Shown piece after piece: positions 1-9,578 of a stretch of 41,271 nucleotides of DNA. A model generated the notes under the pieces. The model was not told where the DNA came from and made no database searches. It saw only the letters and a list, made by a program, of their open reading frames with translations. The first letter of the stretch is position 1; every line of letters begins with the position of its first letter. A program made the position numbers and the translations under genes. Source of the DNA: a virus (Duplodnaviria; Caudoviricetes); the IMG/VR virus record IMGVR_UViG_3300005611_000068, positions 1 through 41,271 of that record, one strand, 5' to 3'.

Positions 1-951
1 TTTTTCTTCAACGGCAGACTTCCAGCGGAACTTACGCATTAAAGACTTCGCCGCTACTGCAACACGCTGTTCAGCTTCAGTCAGTTCTTCAATGTCTTGT
101 TTTTCGTTGCGGTCAGATGTCTGAATTGTGCCGTTGGTGGCGTAGATGTCGTCGAAGCGATCGCCTGAATCCCCAAGATCAATAGTGTTGTCTAAATCTG
201 CACCAGTGCTATTTGCCGCTTTTATACTAGAACCAACAATCTTAAAACCATAACTTGAAGTGCTTCCAACAAAATAAACATGACCACCAGTGCGACTACC
301 AATCGACCCGACTGTTGAGCCGTCTTTGCGGAATTCAACAATATTCCCATCTGTTGTTCTGCGATGGAAATACGCCGCTGCATCACTGGATTTTGTGACA
401 AAAAGGTATCCAGCTTGTCTTAGTTCAAGCCCATCTACGGTGCTTTGCGTCCCTGATGCAGTCTTCCCCACCAGCAAGTTACCGCTGGAGTCGATGCGCA
501 TGCGTTCTGTGCCATTAGTTTGTAGTGCTAAGACATCGCTACCATCTGAACCTTCAACATTAATAACACCAAGACCTGCTGTTCCATCAGGAATAAGTTT
601 TATTTTAGCATTGGAGCCTAACCCTGCTGTTGTTCCACCTGTTACAGTTAAAGTTGTATCTGAGTTGTCAGCACCTTTTACCTCAAGTGTTGAACTAGGC
701 GAACTCGTCCCAATACCAACATTACCGCTGGAGCCTTCCACAAACAACGCATTGGCATCGGTATCTGATTCAACACGGAAATCTACATCAGCTCCGGCTT
801 CGTTGAATACTGCACCACCATCTACAGTTAAGTTACCACTGGTGTCCCAGCTCGGAGCACCCGTAGACAAATCAACAGGAGCTACCGCACCATCAGTAAT
901 ATCGCCTGAAGTTAGTGGAGCAGCCGAAGGTGCTCTGCCTGTATATGCCAT
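1..951 (-). CDS. Tail fibre/spike with start of C-terminal intramolecular chaperone (peptidase S74-like); truncated by window edge
   Basis: Hand-translated from ATG at 951 (overlaps upstream TAA): MAYTGRAPSAAPLT...GNVGIGTSSP...ERMRIDSSGNLLVG...TIQTSDRNEKQDIEEL; open to base 1; absent from ORF track because no stop. Confidence 0.8.
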   Translation of the reverse strand, partial: MAYTGRAPSAAPLTSGDITDGAVAPVDLSTGAPSWDTSGNLTVDGGAVFNEAGADVDFRVESDTDANALFVEGSSGNVGIGTSSPSSTLEVKGADNSDTTLTVTGGTTAGLGSNAKIKLIPDGTAGLGVINVEGSDGSDVLALQTNGTERMRIDSSGNLLVGKTASGTQSTVDGLELRQAGYLFVTKSSDAAAYFHRRTTDGNIVEFRKDGSTVGSIGSRTGGHVYFVGSTSSYGFKIVGSSIKAANSTGADLDNTIDLGDSGDRFDDIYATNGTIQTSDRNEKQDIEELTEAEQRVAVAAKSLMRKFRWKSAVEEK

Positions 952-1256
952 TAGGTAATCTCCAGAGTGCTAGTGCAGACATCAACGGTGACATCGGAAG
1001 TAACTTTAATGGTGTCAGTGGCCTCAACGACAACCTTCTGCTCCCCGCCGATAGCTACCAGAGAGCCACCAACCGGAATCGGTGCAGCCTTCACAATATA
1101 AGCGGTGTTGAGTTTTACATCTACGGTAGCCAGACCCGCACCGGTATTAGCAATTGAAAGCCCAATCACGGTAGTCTGCGTAGAAGAAGGTCCAGTCAGC
1201 ACAGTAGTTTCCGTTGTAATGCCAGTGGACTGGTACGATTTGAAAGTGTTAGCCAT
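951..1256 (-). CDS. Small virion structural protein
   Basis: 101 aa beta-rich MANTFK... type common in tail modules; abuts neighbours. Confidence 0.65.
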   Translation of the reverse strand: MANTFKSYQSTGITTETTVLTGPSSTQTTVIGLSIANTGAGLATVDVKLNTAYIVKAAPIPVGGSLVAIGGEQKVVVEATDTIKVTSDVTVDVCTSTLEIT

Positions 1257-1259
1257 GAT

Positions 1260-1892
1260 TTACCCCAATGCGATAGCGAAAGCGAGTGAGTTAGCGTTGG
1301 CAGCGTCGATCTGCGTTTGGATGTTGCTGGTCACGCCATCCGTGTAGTTTAGTTCAGCTGCGGTTGCAGTCACGCCGTCGAGGATGTTCAATTCAGCGGT
1401 CGTGGCGGTAACGCCGTCCATGATATTCAGCTCAGCAGCCGAAGCAGTGACGCCAAGTTCAGCCAGCGTCGTGGAGTCAAACCCACCGGAAATATCGACG
1501 ACCGCAGCACCCGCTCCAGCGCCGTCGCAGTACACAACCTTGGTCTTGCTGGCAGATACGCTGACGTTTGCACCAGAACCTTGAGATAGAGTCACCGTCT
1601 CGTCTGAATTGTTGACGACGAAGTACACCTTCTGCATGTCGTTCGGGCTTACGGTCACAGTACAGGTGCCCCCCGGAGAGCCGGTGAACACAATTACCGA
1701 ATGACGTCCGTTCGAGGTCACGCCGTCGGTCGTGGTCAAGGTGTAGGTCGTGGAGGACAAAGAGATCGAAACGACCCCGGCTACCATTTCCTCGATCAGT
1801 TCCAAGTTTTCGTTGGTCGTAGTCCCCCAAGTACCTGACTGTTCGCCTGTGGCGATCAACTCAAGACCGGTGTTTGAAAATGTACTTGCCAT
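1260..1892 (-). CDS. Tail fibre-associated structural protein
   Basis: GEQSGTWGTTTN N-terminal motif; C-terminal 11-aa repeats TAxxAELNxxDGV; GGAG RBS. Confidence 0.7.
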   Translation of the reverse strand: MASTFSNTGLELIATGEQSGTWGTTTNENLELIEEMVAGVVSISLSSTTYTLTTTDGVTSNGRHSVIVFTGSPGGTCTVTVSPNDMQKVYFVVNNSDETVTLSQGSGANVSVSASKTKVVYCDGAGAGAAVVDISGGFDSTTLAELGVTASAAELNIMDGVTATTAELNILDGVTATAAELNYTDGVTSNIQTQIDAANANSLAFAIALG

Positions 1893-1904
1893 TCTGTAGC
1901 TCCA

Positions 1905-2768
1905 TTAAGCCGCTAAACTTGTCCAAATATCCGAGGTAGCCGGAGAAACTTGAGTCCAAGTTGTCGCTGGCGAATCTGTGCCAAGTTTACCCCAAACGAT
2001 GACGTTTGCTAGGGAAGTTGTGATAGTAAATCCAGAAACCGGCACATCCGCATTTGCCTTAACCGTCTCGTTTCCGAGCGAAATATTCGCAAGGAATCCG
2101 GTAACAGAAACATTGGCATCAGCAGTAACAGTTTCAGCACCGAGAGCAGAAGTTCCAACAACACCCGTTACAGGTATAACCGCCTTAGCGACAACCGTCT
2201 CATTTCCAAGCGCCGTAGTAGCCTCCGAACCAGTAACAGCGACAACCGCCTTAGCGATGACTGTTTCAGAACCAACGGCACTGGTTGCTTCAACCCCAGT
2301 GACCGGTACGACCGCTTTTGCAACAACCGTTTCAGAACCGAGGACAGAAGTTGCGGAGACCCCGGTAGCAACCACGACCGCTTTTGCAACAACCGTTTCG
2401 TCTCCGAGTGCGGAAGTGGCTTCCAGCCCCGTAACAGGGAGGACATTCGTCGTTTTAAGAGTTTGCGTACCGAGTGCAGAGGTTGCTTCTAATCCGGTTT
2501 CTGCAACAATCGCATCGGCGGTTACTACCTCATCACCAATGGCAGAAGTGCCAACAACTCCCGTAACAGTGACATTTGCATCCGCTGTTACTATTTCCGC
2601 TCCGAGTGCAGAAGTACCGACAACCCCCGTGAGTACGACAACGGCTTTTGCAACAACCGTTTCGTCTCCAAGCGCAGAGGTTAATTCAAGACCAGTCTGA
2701 CTAATCGTGACGGAAGTACCGCCCCAAATGTCACTGCTCCATGCACCTCTGCCCCAGCCGGTGGCCAT
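1905..2768 (-). CDS. Repeat-rich virion protein (~21-aa repeats)
   Basis: About 11 repeats like TGxEATSALGxETVVAKAVVxV; Trp-rich termini. Confidence 0.7.
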   Translation of the reverse strand: MATGWGRGAWSSDIWGGTSVTISQTGLELTSALGDETVVAKAVVVLTGVVGTSALGAEIVTADANVTVTGVVGTSAIGDEVVTADAIVAETGLEATSALGTQTLKTTNVLPVTGLEATSALGDETVVAKAVVVATGVSATSVLGSETVVAKAVVPVTGVEATSAVGSETVIAKAVVAVTGSEATTALGNETVVAKAVIPVTGVVGTSALGAETVTADANVSVTGFLANISLGNETVKANADVPVSGFTITTSLANVIVWGKLGTDSPATTWTQVSPATSDIWTSLAA

Positions 2769-2792
2769 GTCTGCTCTCCGTTACCTCATCAA

Positions 2793-3212
2793 TTAAGCAA
2801 TACGGATGATCGCGTTAGAGGCATCTGCAGTCGGGAACTGGATCGTAAAATCACCGTTAGTGGAAGTCTTATCCCCACCAAAAGCAAGGACCGCAATGGC
2901 TTTATTGCTCTTAGAGAAGTTATAAATCAACGCGCCATTTGCGGTAATCGTTGCAGAAGACCAAGTGGTGTCTGCAAAATCAATAAACGCCGTAGTACCG
3001 GAAGTAGAAATCGTCGCACTACCGAGCGTGTTCCCACCAGCAGTGTACCCAGTACCTGAGACTTCATTGGTAGTGCTATACGCAGTGGTAGTCGCATCCA
3101 ACGTAGCGGAGCTGGTAAACAATGCAATTTTAATTGTATCCGTATCCAAATCATGAGTGCCACCAAGCAGCTCGGATTTGAAGCTGGTGCAAAGTGCCTG
3201 AGAAATAGCCAT
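2793..3212 (-). CDS. Virion structural protein (tail-associated)
   Basis: MAISQALCTSFKxELLxGxH...GYTAGG...FTIQFPTADASNAIIRIA conserved phage family; AGGAG RBS. Confidence 0.7.
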   Translation of the reverse strand: MAISQALCTSFKSELLGGTHDLDTDTIKIALFTSSATLDATTTAYSTTNEVSGTGYTAGGNTLGSATISTSGTTAFIDFADTTWSSATITANGALIYNFSKSNKAIAVLAFGGDKTSTNGDFTIQFPTADASNAIIRIA

Positions 3213-3230
3213 CTTTTACTCCTGTAAAAA

Positions 3231-3860
3231 TTATGCTACAGAGGTTCTGTATGTATCAAGCCCTTCGGCCTGAACCGCAAACATGCTCAACCTTTCGGCC
3301 GATTGCATGAATTTTTGTTCGTAAACCTGAATCATATCTGGCTCACCTTTTATAAAGCTGTACGCTTCTACGAGACAAGCATACAACAACGCTGGCCCTG
3401 CATTCTCACTCAACCAACTTGGGCTGGTCGTAACCACAGAATCAGGACGATAAAAATAATGCAGCTCCATCGTATAGCCCGAAGCTGGAGTTGGGGCAAT
3501 GATAAAATTATCAATATCAAAATCAGCGTAGTACTTCGGCTCTCCGGTTACAGAACCATCAGGCCAATATTCCTGAATGAAATTTACATCTTTGTTAAGA
3601 AGAAATTTCTTCTCTCCAGAAACTTCGATAGAGAGCGTATAGCTTGATAACCAATCCGAAGGTTTCGGAAGATACTTATTGCTCGCTGTAGCGGTAGCGG
3701 TAGCATTCTTGCGAAATACCTGCAGCGGAGCGATCATCTTCAAAAGACGCTCTTCCGCGTTTCTGATGAAGTTATCGATCTGGCTCACAAAGACTGTTTC
3801 GGTATTATCCGTGTAGTCTTTAATCGCCTGAACTAGCGTTGCATAGGTGTACCCAGCCAT
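3231..3860 (-). CDS. Head-tail connector/adaptor-like protein
   Basis: TYxxLxxAIxDY start, GxPKYYA and APTPxxxYxxELHY motifs typical of phage adaptors. Confidence 0.6.
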   Translation of the reverse strand: MAGYTYATLVQAIKDYTDNTETVFVSQIDNFIRNAEERLLKMIAPLQVFRKNATATATASNKYLPKPSDWLSSYTLSIEVSGEKKFLLNKDVNFIQEYWPDGSVTGEPKYYADFDIDNFIIAPTPASGYTMELHYFYRPDSVVTTSPSWLSENAGPALLYACLVEAYSFIKGEPDMIQVYEQKFMQSAERLSMFAVQAEGLDTYRTSVA

Positions 3861-4180
3861 CAGCTAATACTCACTGTAACGGTGCCAACAGACCCTTCTG
3901 CTTTAAATCCCGTAAAAGTCGATCCAACTGGTGTCGCATCGTTTGCGGCATAGACATAGATCGTCCCATTTCTGGCCTCTAAATCATTATCAGGTCTTGG
4001 ATTACGCAATGCTTCGGCATCCGTAATAACAATTTTCGGAAAATCTTGTGGGTGACGTGGGGTCCAACATTCAGGGCATGCACGAAAACCGTCCCATTGA
4101 GGCTGGAGATCAGAATACTTGACCTCGAAGCCACAGATGTCACACATCGCTTTTGCGTATTTACCTGACGCATAGGCCAC
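3860..4180 (-). CDS. Conserved phage protein with CxxC...CxxC
   Basis: CDICG and CPECW motifs, HPQ and PRPD; translationally coupled to neighbours. Confidence 0.65.
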   Translation of the reverse strand: MAYASGKYAKAMCDICGFEVKYSDLQPQWDGFRACPECWTPRHPQDFPKIVITDAEALRNPRPDNDLEARNGTIYVYAANDATPVGSTFTGFKAEGSVGTVTVSIS

Positions 4181-4839
4181 TATCGCAACCCTCTACTCGG
4201 TACAAGACGCAAACTTACCCGCTCACGGTCTTCCATTTCAGCACGAGCCATCTCTTCTTCGTAGATCATTTTTAAGGCTTCCGCACGATCTGGCGCTTTC
4301 TTAATCGCAATTTGATACGAAAGACCAGAAACTAGCGGGGCAATAAAACGAGAAGGGATGTCCGTATCGTTGGTTAAGGCCGTAACATCTTCAACACGTT
4401 CAGTACGATAAAACCGCAACTGATCCGTAGAATTTTCTGGAGTCGGATACAGATAGATGACTGGAGTAGACTGGCGATCCACCCAATATTGGGTCGGACG
4501 CCCTGTCGTTGTTTTCTTCGGAAGATTCTGATACTCAGAGCGACCAATACGCTCCATGTTGTAATCAACACCGTTCCTACGAATCACCGCATCCAGTACA
4601 TCTACCGTATATGCATCCAAGGAATAATTCGCAGTCCCTGCGGTAAGAGACTGCGTTGCTTCCTTAACCGTCCAAAGGTTGATACCACGGTTAGACCAGT
4701 CGGCCATCAGGATATTTAAACTACGACGAGCGGTTTTGGCGTCATAACCCGTGCGCAATTCGAGTCCGCACCGTTCGTATGCTTCTTCAATTAAATCGGA
4801 AGCATCGAGCTTAAATGTCTGAGTGCCGGAAGTAGCCAT
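4180..4839 (-). CDS. Head-tail adaptor-like protein
   Basis: IEEAYERCG...ARRSLN...WSNRGINLW...GRPTQY...YPTP motifs. Confidence 0.65.
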   Translation of the reverse strand: MATSGTQTFKLDASDLIEEAYERCGLELRTGYDAKTARRSLNILMADWSNRGINLWTVKEATQSLTAGTANYSLDAYTVDVLDAVIRRNGVDYNMERIGRSEYQNLPKKTTTGRPTQYWVDRQSTPVIYLYPTPENSTDQLRFYRTERVEDVTALTNDTDIPSRFIAPLVSGLSYQIAIKKAPDRAEALKMIYEEEMARAEMEDRERVSLRLVPSRGLR

Positions 4840-5418
4840 TTACGCACACATCAATGTAACAGAGGTAACGTTCGTTACAGCAACCGTTGAATAATCAGAC
4901 GGACTATCCGCAGTGCGAAGCCCATTCGCCGGAATCATGATGTCCTGCGTAACCGTTGCTGACGCTGGAGTAGCAAGATTCAGAATCGTCTGAGAACTAC
5001 CCGCCTTCGTAACTACAATAGAACCGGCAGAGCCGGAAGCCACATAGTAAACACCTTTGATACGAGTCAATGGCAAATAAACGCCTGCACTAAGAGCATA
5101 ACCAATAGTTACGGCCCCAGCCGTGTTAGCATCAGGGGTGATTGAAGTTACAGATACGAAGTAATTTGTAGAAGTGAACGCAACAGCAGCACCTGCAAGA
5201 GTTTCAGTCAACGTATTACCATCAACCCCTACGCCCACGATTACAAAGTTCTTACCTGTCTCGTCCGCAGCCGGAGTCACGGTGACTTTATACGCAACCC
5301 CATGATATTCAGGCTGCGTATTAGCCAACGTAAACGGCGTACTTGCGGTTCCGCTTGCAGAAGTGACGTAGAAATCTGCGTCACTACCAAACGTTACAGC
5401 CCAAATATCGGAGCTCAT
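4840..5418 (-). CDS. Virion structural protein
   Basis: 192 aa, Thr/Ala/Val-rich, within structural operon, AGGAG RBS. Confidence 0.6.
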   Translation of the reverse strand: MSSDIWAVTFGSDADFYVTSASGTASTPFTLANTQPEYHGVAYKVTVTPAADETGKNFVIVGVGVDGNTLTETLAGAAVAFTSTNYFVSVTSITPDANTAGAVTIGYALSAGVYLPLTRIKGVYYVASGSAGSIVVTKAGSSQTILNLATPASATVTQDIMIPANGLRTADSPSDYSTVAVTNVTSVTLMCA

Positions 5419-5430
5419 ACTGATCTCCTA

Positions 5431-5985
5431 TTAAGCCTGACCAACAATAGTGATCAATAGCTTTCCAGCGGTGTAAGTGGCGTCATCGGTATCCTGAGCG
5501 ACCAGATACAGGTACTGATCCGCCGCGATAGTATCACCATAAACAGCAGTACCCGCTGAAAGGTCGCCCGAATCAAGAATCTGAGTTTCGGTCAAACCAG
5601 TAATCGCACCATCGAATGCACCAGTTGCTTCATCAGCAGAATACAAATCGATATTTGGCTCACCAGTGCCCGGAGCTTCCAGACATTCCATCTTCACCGA
5701 CAAAACAGTACCGTTTACAGCCGCTGTTACCTGACCAATATAAGAAGGGTTAGCGGAGGCTGCTTCACCGATGATATCACCAGCCGTGCCGCTTGAATCC
5801 AAGCCGGTCAGGTCGATAAAAATTTGGGTGGTAATGATTCCACCAGCTTGGACCACTGAAGTTTCGTACACAGCGTTAGCTGCATCAGTAATACCGGCGC
5901 CAGAAGCCATAGATTCGGTAGGGTTGATGCTACCTACAAAACCAGCCGTAGAAGTGACTGGACCAGAAAAAGTTGTGCTCGACAT
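5431..5985 (-). CDS. Virion structural (decoration-like) protein
   Basis: MxxTTFSGPVxS N-terminus typical of gene following MCP; GGAG RBS. Confidence 0.6.
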   Translation of the reverse strand: MSSTTFSGPVTSTAGFVGSINPTESMASGAGITDAANAVYETSVVQAGGIITTQIFIDLTGLDSSGTAGDIIGEAASANPSYIGQVTAAVNGTVLSVKMECLEAPGTGEPNIDLYSADEATGAFDGAITGLTETQILDSGDLSAGTAVYGDTIAADQYLYLVAQDTDDATYTAGKLLITIVGQA

Positions 5986-6000
5986 GAGAATATCTCCGTG

Positions 6001-6070
6001 TTTGCAGCACTAACCACGTCATCTCTGCAAAAGTCCGCTGGGTCGGTTGACGTGGCTGGATGTCCCAGAA
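6001..6070 (-). ncRNA. Structured RNA downstream of Mu-gpT-like capsid gene (candidate Mu-gpT-DE-like motif)
   Basis: Three interleaved complementary pairs: 6038-6042/6064-6068, 6014-6021/6048-6055, 6001-6007/6025-6031; lies between a promoter and an RBS. Confidence 0.5.
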
Positions 6071-6079
6071 CCTGTAGGG

Positions 6080-6108
6080 AGTATAGACCGACAAAATCAG
6101 TTTGTCAA
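6080..6108 (-). promoter_or_regulatory. Sigma70-type promoter TTGACA-17-TATACT
   Basis: Near-consensus hexamers with 17-bp spacer immediately after MCP terminator. Confidence 0.75.
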
Positions 6109-6114
6109 GCCCAT

Positions 6115-6142
6115 AAAAAAGCCCCTCCGGAGAGGGGCTTTT
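6115..6142 (-). terminator. Intrinsic terminator after major capsid gene
   Basis: GCCCCTC-TCCG-GAGGGGC stem flanked by A6 and T4. Confidence 0.85.
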
Positions 6143-6154
6143 CTGGGTGCGCTC

Positions 6155-7063
6155 TTAGGCTCCTTCAGAACCGTAGATTGCACGCCAATCGGACCATCCG
6201 AAGCTGTAACGTTCGCGCGCTTTATAACGGACGTTACCAGTTTCGAAATCGCCTTCCATCCCAGTCTTCATAGCTGCACGCTGGAAGTGCTTCAGACCAT
6301 TCGGTGCATCGGTCTTGATGAACCATGCATCGACATCGGTCAGGTAGTTATTAACTACATAACCTTCCGGCAGCATACCACGTGAACGAATCGCATTGAT
6401 GTCGTTGTCTGCGGTAGCAGTACGGAGGTTTGAAGCCATCAGACGTTCAGCAACAAAGCCGAGGTTTGACGGGATGATCAGCTTACGACCCTGAACGTTT
6501 ACCTTCAGACCACGCTCATCTACGAAGTTGCCGATTGCAATCAGCGCAGCTTCGAGAGAAGTTTCATTGAGGTCTGCGGCAACAGCCGGAGTGTTCGCTA
6601 CGTTACCACCAGAGGTAGTCGGGTGAGCAGTGCTGAGCAGAGCAACGCCGTCACCACCAGTGTAGCTAGCGGAGAAGCCATTGTTCAGAACGTTTGCACC
6701 CTTAACCTGCTTGGTGTAGTTCATGGAACGAGCCAAAGCCTTGGTGTAACGTGAAGACAGCTTGTCGTAGAGGTTATCTTCGATTGCTTCTTCAGTCAGT
6801 GAGAAGGCCAGAGCTACAGTTTCATGGCTGTAGCGAGCAGTCCAGACTTCAGCGGCGGAATCATAAGTGACGCCAGCGCCTTCGCCCTTGGTCGGAGCCT
6901 GACCGAAGCCAGAGAGCATTACCTCTTCTTCGAATGCGCGATCAGAAGATTCGCTATCGAAAATGTCAGTATGCTGCTGCTCATAACGGGAGTACTCAAG
7001 ACCGAACAAGGCATTCAGTCCCGGCTCCAGCTCTTTAACGAGTTGTGCACGATTAATAGCCAT
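6155..7063 (-). CDS. Major capsid protein (Mu-like gpT family)
   Basis: MAINRAQLVKELEPGLNALFGLEY...KARERYSFGWSDWR family signature; AGGAG RBS; strong terminator. Confidence 0.88.
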   Translation of the reverse strand: MAINRAQLVKELEPGLNALFGLEYSRYEQQHTDIFDSESSDRAFEEEVMLSGFGQAPTKGEGAGVTYDSAAEVWTARYSHETVALAFSLTEEAIEDNLYDKLSSRYTKALARSMNYTKQVKGANVLNNGFSASYTGGDGVALLSTAHPTTSGGNVANTPAVAADLNETSLEAALIAIGNFVDERGLKVNVQGRKLIIPSNLGFVAERLMASNLRTATADNDINAIRSRGMLPEGYVVNNYLTDVDAWFIKTDAPNGLKHFQRAAMKTGMEGDFETGNVRYKARERYSFGWSDWRAIYGSEGA

Positions 7064-7074
7064 TGTTCAGCTCC

Positions 7075-7644
7075 TTAAATACCAGTGCCTGCCGGAGACT
7101 CAGCGTATTCATGTTCTACGATCTGCACGTAAACGCGAGCGTAGTCAGAAGCCGGGTCGTTATCCGGGGTATCAACGAAATCCAGAATACGCAGTTGCGC
7201 AGTGCTGGTGCCAGTGGTGCTGCTAACCTTCTGACCAGAACGACCAGTGGTCGAATTACCAGAAGTTGCATCATCCATGTCAGCGAGCTGACCGATATCA
7301 GCGATGCCAGAAGCGCCTTCCATCTGTGCAGCATAAACGATGCTAGGATCGTCATATACATACGCAGTTGCATAAGAGCCTTTGACAGACTGACCTGCAG
7401 GCCAAGTCTTGCTGAAAGTAATTTCACCATTATCTTTGGTGAAAGAACAACCTGCAAATACACCGATGACGGAGTCTCCTTCGCCAGAAACTTCGATCGT
7501 ACCTGCAGCAACCAACTTAACGAGATCGCCGTTGAAGATTGCGGTAGCGTAATCATCAGCAATGCGATACTCCTTGGAACGAATAGTACCGCCGGTCAAG
7601 TGATATGCCGGGGTAAATCCGTTAGGGGCATTTACATTAGCCAT
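7075..7644 (-). CDS. Capsid-associated (cement/decoration) protein
   Basis: MANxNAPxGFxP...IFNGDLV family found immediately upstream of this MCP type. Confidence 0.65.
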   Translation of the reverse strand: MANVNAPNGFTPAYHLTGGTIRSKEYRIADDYATAIFNGDLVKLVAAGTIEVSGEGDSVIGVFAGCSFTKDNGEITFSKTWPAGQSVKGSYATAYVYDDPSIVYAAQMEGASGIADIGQLADMDDATSGNSTTGRSGQKVSSTTGTSTAQLRILDFVDTPDNDPASDYARVYVQIVEHEYAESPAGTGI

Positions 7645-7673
7645 AGCTAGTGTCTCCTAATGAAGATTCACAA

Positions 7674-8150
7674 TTAAGAATCGTCTGCGCCTTTACGGTT
7701 CAGAGGATTCCCGAACGTCGTCTGCGACTGGCGATTCGGTTTAGAAATCGGCATCGCAGAATTGCTTTCCCGCATGAGATCGTTATCAACCGAAGCCATC
7801 ATATTTTCCGCTTGTTCACGGTAATACTGGTTACGTTCTTCAGCAATCTCTTCGGGAATTTTAGCGAGGATTAACCCACCTACGCCAATGGTTCCTGCGT
7901 GTTTGCCTTCTTCAATAGTTGGGGCCATAAAGTCAGGATGGTCTTCAGCGCGTACAGGCTCATAACCTTCACGCATACGCTTCGACATATTGACCTTATC
8001 GTCCACACCACCGGTTGCTTCACGCAACCAACGATACTTGTATCCCGGAGGTGCCTCCGGAGCATCTAGCATTGAAGGGGGTGTCCACGACTTCTTGCGC
8101 GTTGTCTTTTCGCGAGTTTCTGCGGCTCTACTTGTCCGATCGATTGGCAT
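7674..8150 (-). CDS. Conserved head-morphogenesis protein
   Basis: WTPPSMLDAPEAPPGYKYRW...IGVGGLILAKIP motif; between scaffold and capsid genes. Confidence 0.65.
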   Translation of the reverse strand: MPIDRTSRAAETREKTTRKKSWTPPSMLDAPEAPPGYKYRWLREATGGVDDKVNMSKRMREGYEPVRAEDHPDFMAPTIEEGKHAGTIGVGGLILAKIPEEIAEERNQYYREQAENMMASVDNDLMRESNSAMPISKPNRQSQTTFGNPLNRKGADDS

Positions 8151-8163
8151 TTGGAATTACTCC

Positions 8164-9069
8164 TTACTGCTTGACGTACTTGGCGTACTCTTCAAGAGGC
8201 ACCCCTAACCGATTTGCAATAGCAATTTGGCTGGGTGAAAGTTTTACTTTGCGTGCGCTTTGTTTCGCACCACCACGAGTGGCAGATGCAACCGCCTGCA
8301 CGGGGCGGGTTGATTTAAACTTATGCGGAAAGGCTTCCCGCATACGCTTGTCTAGCTCAGCATAATACGAATCGCTTGCCGGGTCAACCCCTTCGCGCTC
8401 AACGAGGTTACGATGAATACCAAAAGCGGCGTAGGTCATCGCTTCATCTGAACCGAACCAACTATTCTTTTCAGCCCACTCCTCTGCCCTTGGGTCTGGA
8501 CGAGGGGGTTGCTGCGGAGCGCGAGGCTGTTCATAAGCAGGTTGCTGCTGCGGCATCTGTGCCGCCTGTTCACGACGAGTGCGAACACGGCGCAGATTTT
8601 CTTGCTCTACTGCAAGACGTGCCAGAACCTGATTAGCTTCAGCAATCGCTTCCGGATCACCTGAATCAAAAGCAGCTTTGTAGCTCGCTTTCGCTTGCTC
8701 TAGCTGCGTATCAATACGAGTTACATATTCGTTAAAGAGCGTTGCGTCTTGATTTTGGCTCAAACGCTTCGATTCTTCTAGCTGCGCTTGAACCGCTTTA
8801 GCGTATTCAATAGCGGCTTGTTCGCGACGTTCCGCTTCACGGTACTTATACGTCAGCTTATCAATACGTTTCTTAACGCCATCTCCGTATTCACGGAGCT
8901 CATCATCCCCTTCCATCAACTGCTGAAGACGTTCTTCAGCTGTAGGGCGATGTTCCTCTTCTAAGACGTCGTTAGACGCATCTTCAACGTCAGTGGAAAC
9001 ATCCGCTGCGCTGTTTTCTACTTCCTCTTCAGGAAGCTCTAGTTCAATCTTTTCTGCTGCATTAGGCAT
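8164..9069 (-). CDS. Capsid scaffolding protein (putative)
   Basis: Acidic coiled coil; C-terminal LSPSQIAIANRLGVPLEEYAK; start set at MPNAAE (GGAG RBS). Confidence 0.7.
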   Translation of the reverse strand: MPNAAEKIELELPEEEVENSAADVSTDVEDASNDVLEEEHRPTAEERLQQLMEGDDELREYGDGVKKRIDKLTYKYREAERREQAAIEYAKAVQAQLEESKRLSQNQDATLFNEYVTRIDTQLEQAKASYKAAFDSGDPEAIAEANQVLARLAVEQENLRRVRTRREQAAQMPQQQPAYEQPRAPQQPPRPDPRAEEWAEKNSWFGSDEAMTYAAFGIHRNLVEREGVDPASDSYYAELDKRMREAFPHKFKSTRPVQAVASATRGGAKQSARKVKLSPSQIAIANRLGVPLEEYAKYVKQ

Positions 9070-9091
9070 GGCTTTCTCCATGTATGCTTGA

Positions 9092-9121
9092 ATAGTAATT
9101 CAAGGGAAAATCAAAAGTAAA
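9092..9121 (-). promoter_or_regulatory. Putative promoter TTTACT-18-TACTAT for scaffold/capsid operon
   Basis: Same hexamers as the promoter upstream of terS. Confidence 0.45.
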
Positions 9122-9128
9122 GCGAAAC

Positions 9129-9578
9129 TTAGTACTTGGTCAAAATTGCTTCCGGGTCGTCTACAACAGCCAATACCTCATCGTCATTTAGAAGACGAAT
9201 TTCGCCCCCGTCAATCGGAATACGCGCACCGGCATAACGACCAAAAACAACCCAATCACCATCCTTGCACCAAGGACCATTCGGATACTTATCCGGATCC
9301 TTATAGGCGTCAGGACCTGACTTCAAAACCAGACCAACTACCGTGGCTACCTGTTCACGCTCACGAGTTTGATCCGCAAGATAAATACCGCCTTTCGTGC
9401 GGTCAGAAACCTTGTACGGCAAAATCAACAAGCGATAACCGGTAGGGTTAGGAAGCTGTTCTAGATTCTTAGGTGCTTCTTGCTTACTTTCTTCTTTGCG
9501 AGCTTTCGACTCGGACTTATCACTATCGAAATTCAGAACAATGTCCGGAACCTCTTTCTTCTCAGCTACTGCTGTCAT
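9129..9578 (-). CDS. groES: Co-chaperonin GroES-like protein
   Basis: PTGYRLLI...TKGGIYL...GPDAY...GDWVVFGRYAG...RLLNDDEVLA. Confidence 0.85.
   Translation of the reverse strand: MTAVAEKKEVPDIVLNFDSDKSESKARKEESKQEAPKNLEQLPNPTGYRLLILPYKVSDRTKGGIYLADQTREREQVATVVGLVLKSGPDAYKDPDKYPNGPWCKDGDWVVFGRYAGARIPIDGGEIRLLNDDEVLAVVDDPEAILTKY

Noticed and set aside
290-958. 222-aa + strand ORF
   Set aside because: Antisense shadow of the - strand tail fibre gene (1-951), which has recognisable motifs.
1978-2700. 240-aa + strand repeat ORF
   Set aside because: Mirror of the repeat gene 1905-2768. It has no RBS, and antisense frames stay open with this codon usage.
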